Source: Clostridia bacterium
GTDB taxonomy: Bacteria; Bacillota; Peptococcia; DRI-13; DTU073
Assembly: GCA_012842035.1 (NCBI GenBank)
Contig: DUTO01000095.1
Location: forward strand, 1-35,917
DNA: 35,917 nt
Direction: 5' to 3'
Shown one piece after another: positions 1 through 6,783 of the stretch. The position numbers and the translations under genes were made by a program. The stretch's first letter is position 1. The number at the start of each line of letters is the position of its first letter. The notes beneath the pieces are model-generated. The model was not told the DNA's origin and did no database searches. It was given only the letters and a program-made list of their open reading frames with translations.

Positions 1-1
1 A

Positions 2-55
2 TATGCGGATATTGCTACTTTAACGAGAGCTCTTTCCGGGAGAAGAGAAGTATGA
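2..55 (+). CDS. recR: Recombination protein RecR, 3' end only (5' part lies outside the window)
   Basis: Frame 2 reads YADIATLTRALSGRREV* and ends at TGA 53-55. This resembles the RecR C-terminus as I recall it from B. subtilis (...YADEVTLSKALEGRREL). It is followed by yaaL-bofA, as in Bacillus. Confidence 0.7.
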   Translation, partial: YADIATLTRALSGRREV

Positions 56-480
56 AGCATGATAAGGAACAAGTTTTAAAAATAATCCGAGAATATTTTA
101 AAGACCAAAACGATATTTCTACCGTGTACTTATTTGGGTCAGTGGCCAAAGGAAGAACAACTTCCCATAGTGATGTGGATATTGCTGTTCTGTTTGTGCC
201 GGGACTATCTTTGTTTCAACGTTTTGAAAGAAGATTAGAGCTTGCTAATGACTTGGCAGATAGATTAAAGAAAAAAGTAGACCTTGTGGACTTGGCTGAA
301 GCTGATTTGTTTTTTATCCATCAAGTAATGTTACATAAGGAAATTGTTTTGGATAAAGATATCGAGAGGCGGGTATCTTTTGAAGTTGAAAAGCGCAGAA
401 ACTACTTTGATCGGAAATACTTTTATGACTTGTATCATCGCCAAGCATTAAAAAGGCTAGGGGAGAAAGGAAGAAAGTAG
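52..480 (+). CDS. mntA: MNT-type nucleotidyltransferase, antitoxin of a HepT/MntA (type VII) toxin-antitoxin pair
   Basis: Has the minimal nucleotidyltransferase motif LFGSVAKGRTTSHSDVDIAV (GS...DxD). It is 142 aa and sits 4 nt upstream of a HEPN/DUF86 gene. Its ATG 52-54 overlaps the recR stop. Confidence 0.85.
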   Translation: MKHDKEQVLKIIREYFKDQNDISTVYLFGSVAKGRTTSHSDVDIAVLFVPGLSLFQRFERRLELANDLADRLKKKVDLVDLAEADLFFIHQVMLHKEIVLDKDIERRVSFEVEKRRNYFDRKYFYDLYHRQALKRLGEKGRK

Positions 481-484
481 CCAA

Positions 485-904
485 ATGGTTGAGAAAGAAG
501 CTGTAATTAGACGATTAACCTTTTTGGAAGAGTACTGTAGTGACCTTGTTGTAGCCAGACAAACTTTTAATTGGGCAAAGTTTGCAGATGATAAAGTGGT
601 GCAGCGTTATGTGGAAAGAACATTGCAAATGACCGTTGAAGCCTGTCTAGATATTGGCAATCACATTATTGCTTATGAAGGTTATCGTGAACCGGTTGAT
701 AATAAAGATGTTTTTCAGGTGCTTTTTGAACAGAAAATTTTAAATGAAGAATTAGTGGGAAACCTTAAAAAAATGGCTCAGTTCCGCAATGTAATCGTAC
801 ATGGCTATATACGAATTAAGCCGGAAATTGTGTATGGTGTTTTGCAAAAAAATTTGGGTGATATATTAGAATTTGCAAACCTTGTCCAAGAAAAATTTTT
901 GTAG
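485..904 (+). CDS. hepT: HEPN/DUF86 domain protein, putative HepT toxin
   Basis: 139 aa with the Rx4H HEPN motif in FRNVIVHGY. It is paired with the upstream MNT gene in the canonical antitoxin-toxin order. Confidence 0.85.
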   Translation: MVEKEAVIRRLTFLEEYCSDLVVARQTFNWAKFADDKVVQRYVERTLQMTVEACLDIGNHIIAYEGYREPVDNKDVFQVLFEQKILNEELVGNLKKMAQFRNVIVHGYIRIKPEIVYGVLQKNLGDILEFANLVQEKFL

Positions 905-940
905 CGGAAATATATAGATAGGCTGTTTTTGGGTAAAAAA

Positions 941-978
941 ATCCCGTATCACTTTAAGGTGACACGGGATTTTTTTTC
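941..978 (+). terminator. Rho-independent terminator of the recR/MNT/HEPN transcript
   Basis: Stem atcccgt(atcac)/(gtgac)acgggat at 941-970, followed by a T8 run. Confidence 0.7.
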
Positions 979-1055
979 TTGGGGTGTAAATAGTAATAAG
1001 ATGCGCTTCGTTTGGATAAGATATAACAACAAATGAAGAGAGGAAGAAGATAAAA

Positions 1056-1400
1056 ATGCTTAAAGAGCGGTTTTCTAAAATTTCAGTAAGGTTTAGCCCC
1101 TGGAAAGTTTATGGCAGTAAATTAAGAAAATACATAGGTGCATTATTGACTGTGAAAAGTCCTGTTCAAGAGAATGGCTTAACAAAGTGCGGGTTGGCAA
1201 TTTTGGCGGAAAAAGCAAGAGTGGAATGGGGAGAGTCGCAAGTGCTTTTTAATGAAGCACAAGACCCTGAACTGATTAATCATGCGATTTTTGCGATGGA
1301 GGCGGCGGAAAGAAAATATATGTATTTATTACAAGAGGCTCGTAAAGAAAAGGTAGTTCATGAAGACCTTTATTCTGTTATTCATAATAGCTCGTTATAG
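1056..1400 (+). CDS. yaaL: YaaL-like DUF2508 protein
   Basis: Small protein with the DUF2508-like core FNEAQDPELINHAIFAMEAAERKYMYLLQEARKE. It sits between recR and bofA, as yaaL does in B. subtilis. Confidence 0.65.
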   Translation: MLKERFSKISVRFSPWKVYGSKLRKYIGALLTVKSPVQENGLTKCGLAILAEKARVEWGESQVLFNEAQDPELINHAIFAMEAAERKYMYLLQEARKEKVVHEDLYSVIHNSSL

Positions 1401-1499
1401 ATATAGAGCGGGATAGTTTTTGGCTGTTCTAAAAAAGTTAAATGGACAATACAATATTAAGAGAATAAAGATTAAGAAAAAAGTGGTGGTGGAGAAAGT

Positions 1500-1763
1500 A
1501 TGGAAGTAGGAGTAATTTTAGCGACACTTTTATTATTAATTGTTTTGTATTTGATAGTTCGTTTGACTTTAGGACCTTTAAAAGTGCTGACACGGTTTTT
1601 TGTGCACTGTCTAATTGCCTTATTGGTATTGGTAGGGCTTAATTTTGCAGGGTTTTATGCCGGTTTCCATTTGCCGGTAAATCCGGTGAGTGTAATGGGG
1701 GTGGGGATCCTAGGTTTCCCCGGTTTAATTCTGTTAGCTTTTTTGAGCTATTTGTTTATCTAG
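1500..1763 (+). CDS. bofA: BofA, inhibitor of pro-sigma-K processing
   Basis: 87 aa, the same length as B. subtilis BofA, with two TM segments. The C-terminal half HLPVNPVSVMGVGILGFPGLILLAF resembles B. subtilis IHVPINLVTTAISGILGIPGIAALV. The RBS is GGTGGTGGAG. Confidence 0.85.
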   Translation: MEVGVILATLLLLIVLYLIVRLTLGPLKVLTRFFVHCLIALLVLVGLNFAGFYAGFHLPVNPVSVMGVGILGFPGLILLAFLSYLFI

Positions 1764-1783
1764 GGTTTATTTCAGAGTAAAAT

Positions 1784-1827
1784 AAAGGCTTTACTTCTTT
1801 ATTGTTAAGGGGTAGAGCCTTTGTTTA
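1784..1827 (+). terminator. Possible weak terminator after bofA
   Basis: 11-bp stem aaaggctttac (1784-1794) / gtagagccttt (1812-1822) with one G-U pair and a 17-nt loop. The downstream T tract (tttgtttat) is poor. Confidence 0.35.
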
Positions 1828-2563
1828 TAAAAGGGTATTTATCCGGATAAAATATGATCATCTTTTAATTAGGGAGGGGTTACGAATAAGGGAAGGGCAA
1901 GAGCGGATAGTAGAGGCTTATGTGGGGGAATATGCCAGTGGTAAAAGCGAGGTAGCTTTAAATCGCGCCTTAAATCTTGTGCAGAGGGGACATCAACCGG
2001 TAACATTAGTTGATTTTGATTTGGTAGAACCTTTTTATACTTTGCGTCCTTTGCAAAAAGAATTGTTGAAGCAAGGCTTACAAGTTTTAACTTGGGAAAC
2101 GGGAAAGGTGATCGGCTGGGGGGAAACAGGAACTTTACTTAAGCCGGAGGTCAGATGGGCTTTAAACAGGAAAGGTGATGTCATTATTGATGTAGGTTAT
2201 GGAGTGGCAGGGATAGGGAAACTGGCTCTTTTGGCCAATATCGACGAATGTCCGGAATTAAAGGTATATGTAGTGCTTAATATGGCACGACCGCTTACTG
2301 CTAGCGTGGTGGGAATTGTGGAGTATGTTCAAACATTGGGGACTGTGCAAGGCGTAATTAATAATTCTCATTGTGGAGATGATACTAATATCGAGCTTAT
2401 TCAGGAGGGGGCAAAAGTGGTTACGCAAGCCGCTAACATATTAGGTTTACCGGTAATAGGGACAACCGTAGAGCAAAGGTTTGCTGAGCAGATTGAGGAA
2501 TATGATGTGATGGGTAATCCTGTGTTTTTTCTAGAGCGACAGATGAATCGCTATTTATGGTGA
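1802..2563 (+). CDS. P-loop NTPase, SIMIBI-like (MinD/ParA/CooC-like fold inferred); start codon unresolved
   Basis: Walker A GEYASGKS, then LVDFDLVEP, a Walker-B-like VIIDVGYG and VVLNMARP. The TTG at 1802 lies inside the bofA terminator loop. A strong SD AGGGAGGGG (1871-1879) is followed only by an in-frame ATA (1886). The next canonical start is GTG 1922. Confidence 0.7.
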   Translation: MLRGRAFVYKRVFIRIKYDHLLIREGLRIREGQERIVEAYVGEYASGKSEVALNRALNLVQRGHQPVTLVDFDLVEPFYTLRPLQKELLKQGLQVLTWETGKVIGWGETGTLLKPEVRWALNRKGDVIIDVGYGVAGIGKLALLANIDECPELKVYVVLNMARPLTASVVGIVEYVQTLGTVQGVINNSHCGDDTNIELIQEGAKVVTQAANILGLPVIGTTVEQRFAEQIEEYDVMGNPVFFLERQMNRYLW

Positions 2564-2593
2564 TTTTAAATAGAATTGGGAGGCGGTGCCTTA

Positions 2594-3685
2594 ATGGCAG
2601 AAAAGCCAATTACAGATGAGAAACGTGTTTTTATGACGGGAAATGAAGCGGTGGCCTGGGCCGCTTTAGCTGCCGAAGCCGAGATTATGTATGGGTACCC
2701 GATTACGCCACAAAATGAGATTATGCATTATTGGACTAGGCTGGCTCCTAAATATAAGCGTAAGTTTTTGCAAACTGAAGATGAAATTTCGGCCGGCTTT
2801 ACTACCTGTGGGGGTGTATTAGCCGGGAAGCGGGCTTTTACAGCGACAGCCGGTCCCGGCAATGTTTTAATGCAGGAAGCGATGAGTATGGCGGAGATGA
2901 TGAGGATTCCCACTGTGGTAGTAGTGCAACAGCGGGGAGGTCCCTCTACGGCCACGGTGATTTATTCACAGCAGGAAACTACTTTAACTTGTTTTGGCGG
3001 CAATGGCGAAGGTTTGCGGCTTGTTTATTCCACAAGTTCTCATCAGGAATTATTCGATTATACCATTAAAGCTTTTTACATGGCCTGGAAATATCGTTTC
3101 CCTACTTTTGTATTAGGGGATGGTTATCAGGCGAAAATGCGTGAGTCCCTTTATCTTTATAATCCTATTGAAAAAGGAATGCCGCTGGCTGAATCTTATC
3201 CTTTTTTAGGGCAGGAAGGGAGGCCCGGGGTAGAGCGTGAACCGTCCCATTTAAGGAATACTTATAATACAGAGGAAGAACTTTATCAGATTATTTCAGG
3301 GTATGTGGAAGATTATGAGCGGATGATTCCGGAGGTAGTGGAGTATCAGGTTAGTGATCTTGAGGATGCGGAGATAGTGGTGATTGCCCACGGGATTGTC
3401 TCTAGAGCGGCACGGGAAGCGGTAAAGGTTTTACGCCAGGAGGGTCGGAAAGTAGGCTATTTTCGTCCCATAACCCTGCGCCCTTTCCCGACAGGAAAAT
3501 TGCGGGAAATTGCCCCCAAGGCTAAAAAACTGGTAGTGGCGGAATCGGCGCAAGGGCAGTTGTTTAAATTAGTGCAAGAGGCTCTTTACGGGGAAACGGT
3601 TCCCCTAGAACCGTATTTTAAACCCGGACTGGGGATAACCGGAGAAGAGCTGGTGGAGTTTTTACAAAGCAACTTTGGGCAGTAG
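2594..3685 (+). CDS. korA: 2-oxoacid:ferredoxin oxidoreductase, alpha subunit (KorA/PorA/VorB family; substrate not determinable)
   Basis: N-terminus FMTGNEAVAWAALAAEAEIMYGYPITPQNEI is typical of OFOR alpha subunits. The ATG at 2594 follows RBS GGGAGG. The TTG at 2576 in the ORF track is too close to the preceding stop and RBS. Confidence 0.9.
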   Translation: MAEKPITDEKRVFMTGNEAVAWAALAAEAEIMYGYPITPQNEIMHYWTRLAPKYKRKFLQTEDEISAGFTTCGGVLAGKRAFTATAGPGNVLMQEAMSMAEMMRIPTVVVVQQRGGPSTATVIYSQQETTLTCFGGNGEGLRLVYSTSSHQELFDYTIKAFYMAWKYRFPTFVLGDGYQAKMRESLYLYNPIEKGMPLAESYPFLGQEGRPGVEREPSHLRNTYNTEEELYQIISGYVEDYERMIPEVVEYQVSDLEDAEIVVIAHGIVSRAAREAVKVLRQEGRKVGYFRPITLRPFPTGKLREIAPKAKKLVVAESAQGQLFKLVQEALYGETVPLEPYFKPGLGITGEELVEFLQSNFGQ

Positions 3686-3729
3686 TAACTGAAAAGATAA
3701 ACAAAACTGGTAGAGAGTGAGGGATTTAA

Positions 3730-4479
3730 ATGGCGACAGTTCCCAAGATGCCAAAGTCCTGGCGGGTAGAAACAAAGCCTCATAAGTTTTGCCCGGGGTG
3801 TGGACATGGTTTGGTTTTAAAAGCACTAGGTGAGGCCATTGATGAATTAGATATTCAGGATAGGGTTGTTTTCGGTTGTGATATTGGTTGTTCGCTTTTA
3901 GCTTGGGATTTTTTTAATGTGGATATCGTGCAGACCCATCACGGACGAACAACACCGGTAATGGTAGGGGTAAAAAGGGCACGTCCGGATAGGATTTGTA
4001 TTGCTTATATGGGGGATGGCGGGGGGTATGCGATTGGGGCTCAGCATTTAGTTAATGCGGCGACCCGCAATGAGAAAATCACTGCTATTTTGGTGAACAA
4101 CTGTAACTATGGGATGACGGGTGGACAGATGGCTCCAACGACTTTGCCGGAAATGAAAACAGAGACAACGCCTTATGGCCGGGACGTGGAGGAAACAGGG
4201 TATCCGACCCAGGGGCCGGAGATGGTGGCGGCGATTACCAGAGAAGGCGCCTATACGGCACGAGGGACAGTGGCTAAGGTGCGCCAATTGAAAAATTATT
4301 TAAAAAAGGCTTTACAGAATCAGCTAGAGGGGAAGGGTTTTTCTTTTGTGGAGGCTCTTTCCGGGTGTCCGACCAACTGGAGTACTAATGCTAAAGCGAC
4401 GTGGGCTTTTCTAGAGGAAAATATGACGAAATATTTTAAAGTGGGTGAAGTAAAAGTACCAGTAAAGGAGGAAGAATAG
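3730..4479 (+). CDS. korB: 2-oxoacid:ferredoxin oxidoreductase, beta (TPP-binding) subunit
   Basis: Cluster cysteines FCPGCGHG ... GCDIGCS, and the TPP motif YMGDGGGYAIG ... NNCNYGMTGGQ. Confidence 0.9.
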   Translation: MATVPKMPKSWRVETKPHKFCPGCGHGLVLKALGEAIDELDIQDRVVFGCDIGCSLLAWDFFNVDIVQTHHGRTTPVMVGVKRARPDRICIAYMGDGGGYAIGAQHLVNAATRNEKITAILVNNCNYGMTGGQMAPTTLPEMKTETTPYGRDVEETGYPTQGPEMVAAITREGAYTARGTVAKVRQLKNYLKKALQNQLEGKGFSFVEALSGCPTNWSTNAKATWAFLEENMTKYFKVGEVKVPVKEEE

Positions 4480-4483
4480 ATTT

Positions 4484-5053
4484 ATGAAGGGTACGGTAAA
4501 AATTGCGTTAGCCGGAGAAGGTGGACAAGGTGTGCAGTCAGTAGCCGGAATTATGGTGGAGGCGGCTAATGATGAAGGACGCGAGGCTTTGTACATTCCT
4601 AATTTTGGCGTGGAACAGCGAGGTGGGGTGTCCCTGGCTTTTTGCCAAATTTCAGATGAAAAAGTAGGAGCACCCAAATTTCGCGATGCCGACCTGGTGA
4701 TCGCCTTATCGGAGCGAGCTGTCCGGCGGACAAGACAGTATGTGCATAAAGATACTTTGTTTATTTATGATAGTTCAATGCAAGGGATTGAAGATGAATT
4801 GCCGCGGAACGCTAAAAAAGTTTTAGCTATTCCGGCTTTAGAGATAGCTAAAAAAGAGCTGCATCCGCGGGTCTTTAATATTATCATTATGGGAGCGGCG
4901 ATCGAGGCGACAAAAATTGTGGAGATGGAACAAGCGAAAAAAGCAGTAGAGAAGAGGCTAGGCTACAAATTTGCTCAAAACCCCAAGCTGCGGGAATTGA
5001 ATTTTAAAGCCTTGGAACGGGGAGCGGAATTGGTGAAAGAATCATTAGCGTGA
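4484..5053 (+). CDS. korC: 2-oxoacid:ferredoxin oxidoreductase, gamma subunit
   Basis: IALAGEGGQGVQSVAGIM ... PNFGVEQRGGVS is typical of the OFOR gamma domain. It starts 4 nt after the beta-subunit stop. Confidence 0.88.
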   Translation: MKGTVKIALAGEGGQGVQSVAGIMVEAANDEGREALYIPNFGVEQRGGVSLAFCQISDEKVGAPKFRDADLVIALSERAVRRTRQYVHKDTLFIYDSSMQGIEDELPRNAKKVLAIPALEIAKKELHPRVFNIIIMGAAIEATKIVEMEQAKKAVEKRLGYKFAQNPKLRELNFKALERGAELVKESLA

Positions 5054-5106
5054 AAGAAAAATTAAAAAGGAATTGATTCTGCACAGGGGAGATTTCGGGG
5101 GGAGCC

Positions 5107-5135
5107 TTGCAAATATTCAAAATATAAGTTACAAT
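5107..5135 (+). promoter_or_regulatory. Sigma-A-type promoter for the 5185 ORF
   Basis: TTGCAA (5107-5112), 17-nt spacer, TACAAT (5130-5135). It lies about 50 nt upstream of the ATG. Confidence 0.5.
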
Positions 5136-5184
5136 TATGTCATTAATGGAGTGTTTACGGTGAGGAGAAAGAAAGGGATAATTT

Positions 5185-5799
5185 ATGGGGGAGATCGATC
5201 AGGATAATGGAATGAAAGACCATTCCACAAGAAGTAATCTTATGAGGGACTTACGGAGATATCAGGTGGGAATATGGGTAATGCAAAAGAAAACGCTGCA
5301 GGAGCAAAAAAAATGGTTGGCACAACAGAATTTATATGTTGGTATACCAACAGCATTGGGGTTAATAAAAGATGAGAAGAGGTCAGCGTTAGTGATAGAG
5401 GAGATACCTCCTTTGCCGGAAGATATATGGAAAGCCAGAGAACAGTTACGGCGTACGTCCGAGCAATTAAGAGAATCGACAAAGCGGTTACTTGATAGAT
5501 ATGAGAAAGGCATATATTTGATCCCGGGATTTAAAACGTTATCTCGGCTTATACGGGGAGAAGATTTCTCACAAGTAGAGAAATTATCGCAACTTGCAGA
5601 GGAACAATTACAAGAAGCAGAGGAACTATTGCAACAAATAGAGGTGCAGCAAACAACCCCGGAACAGGATAGAAAGTCACTTAAGGATTTCGTGGTTCCG
5701 GAAAAAGGAGCACAACCACAGGAAAACAGTCTAGTTGTCGAGGGGCGAGCTGTGGAAAAGTCATCTTTGCAGAAAATTAATGACGAAATAGCACGTTAG
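5185..5799 (+). CDS. Hypothetical protein, charged and Q/E-rich, predicted coiled coil; no family recognised
   Basis: 204-aa ORF with RBS GAGGAGAAAGAAAGGG and its own promoter. Coding-like composition. I see no recognisable motif. Confidence 0.6.
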   Translation: MGEIDQDNGMKDHSTRSNLMRDLRRYQVGIWVMQKKTLQEQKKWLAQQNLYVGIPTALGLIKDEKRSALVIEEIPPLPEDIWKAREQLRRTSEQLRESTKRLLDRYEKGIYLIPGFKTLSRLIRGEDFSQVEKLSQLAEEQLQEAEELLQQIEVQQTTPEQDRKSLKDFVVPEKGAQPQENSLVVEGRAVEKSSLQKINDEIAR

Positions 5800-5830
5800 T
5801 TTTCACTATTGTTATAAGAAGCCGGGGGGG

Positions 5831-6040
5831 GGAAGCATCGGACTTTTACTGAAGAAAGGTTTGCCTGCTCAGGTAGGCGAGACAATCATAGGCGGTTTGG
5901 CACTTTGCGTGTTCTATATTGGGATTAGCGGTTCCTTATTAATTATCGGTATTGCTCTTAATATGTTTAAGGTTACGAATCTTAAAATAATGAATTATGT
6001 TCCGGCAATTTTTTTCATAATTATTTTTTGTTTGTTTTAA
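5831..6040 (+). pseudogene. Remnant of a DUF554 (YdfK/YqgA-like) membrane protein gene: N-terminally truncated, with a large internal in-frame deletion
   Basis: The frame containing 5840 reads GLLLKKGLPAQVGETIIGGLALCVFYIGISGSL, a DUF554 N-terminal region. It is fused directly to LIIGIALNMFKVTNLKIMNYVPAIFFIIIFCLF*, a DUF554 C-terminus. There is no start codon. A G9 run lies at 5824-5832. Confidence 0.6.
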
Positions 6041-6125
6041 TGTTACCCGACCTTTTGTTTATAACCAAGACAAGAAGAGCAGAATATGCTATAGGTAAAC
6101 AAATAAATTTGGGGTGTTGTAATTA

Positions 6126-6377
6126 ATGAAAGAAAAGAGCAGAGATTCTGTGGAGCGTAAACTATTGCCGATCTGTTTTTTATGTAATTTGGTGCCGCGT
6201 GAAGGTATTGCCAGTGGTTTTCTTTTTAAGGGTGTTTTTATCTGTGGACAATGTGAACATGAATTAATAAATTGCAATATAGATAATCAGGTGAAATATA
6301 AAGTGGCGATTGAGAAAATAAGAAAAATATTATTTAAAAAAAGTCCCGGCAAATGTTCACCAGGACTAAAACAATAG
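6126..6377 (+). CDS. csfB: Anti-sigma-G factor Gin (CsfB)
   Basis: The two CxxC pairs CFLCNLVPREGI...FICGQCEHELI match the Gin family pattern (B. subtilis CVICDQEKNRGI...FICLDCERKVI). Small size and Bacillus-like chromosomal neighbourhood. Confidence 0.8.
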   Translation: MKEKSRDSVERKLLPICFLCNLVPREGIASGFLFKGVFICGQCEHELINCNIDNQVKYKVAIEKIRKILFKKSPGKCSPGLKQ

Positions 6378-6382
6378 GGTTA

Positions 6383-6634
6383 CTATGGTCTAAAGAGCAG
6401 TGATGTTTTGGTCGAAAAGCTTTTTTGGAGCTGGCGATGTCGTTCTCTTTCATGAATAATGGTGATTTCTTGCCGAATTTGCATTAGTTTAAGTTTGTTT
6501 ATGCCTGTTTTTTGAGATAACTCCCGGTCACTGATTTCTCTTTTCCAAGCCCTGATAATTTTATTTACATCACATTTATATTTTTGGCTTAAAGCAATAG
6601 TATCTACCAGTTTTTTTTTCTTATCTCTCGGCAT
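6383..6634 (-). CDS. Hypothetical small basic protein, possible HTH
   Basis: ATG at 6634 preceded by RBS AGAGGTG. 83 aa. SDRELSQKTGINKLKLMQIRQ looks like a helix-turn-helix. Contains a KKKK run encoded by an A9 tract. No family recognised. Confidence 0.5.
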   Translation of the reverse strand: MPRDKKKKLVDTIALSQKYKCDVNKIIRAWKREISDRELSQKTGINKLKLMQIRQEITIIHERERHRQLQKSFSTKTSLLFRP

Positions 6635-6741
6635 TAAGTTCACCTCTGATTTTTTTAGTTCTTATGTTGTTATTTTCCCCGAGAAGAGAGGATTATGTGC
6701 AGTTTTTAAAAGTAAGTTAAAGGAAATTTAATAAAATAAAG

Positions 6742-6765
6742 AAAAAAGGCCGGATGGCCTTTTTT
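6742..6765 (-). terminator. Terminator of gapB (symmetric, could act in both directions)
   Basis: aaaaaaggcc-ggat-ggcctttttt, 18 nt downstream of the gapB stop. Confidence 0.75.
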
Positions 6766-6783
6766 AGTTTTGGGATATTTTTT

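Noticed and set aside
2728-4677. Minus-strand ORFs 2728-2955, 3586-3807, 4048-4287 and 4411-4677 within the oxidoreductase operon
   Set aside because: They are antisense shadows of strongly supported subunit genes. They are rich in Pro, Arg and Cys and have no translation signals.
6041-6125. A sigma-F/sigma-G promoter upstream of gin/csfB
   Set aside because: I looked for GYATA-N15-GGNNANAHTR and GHATR-N17/18-CATNHTA. Only fragments are present (GAATA, GGTAAACAAA), and they have wrong spacing or mismatches at constrained positions.
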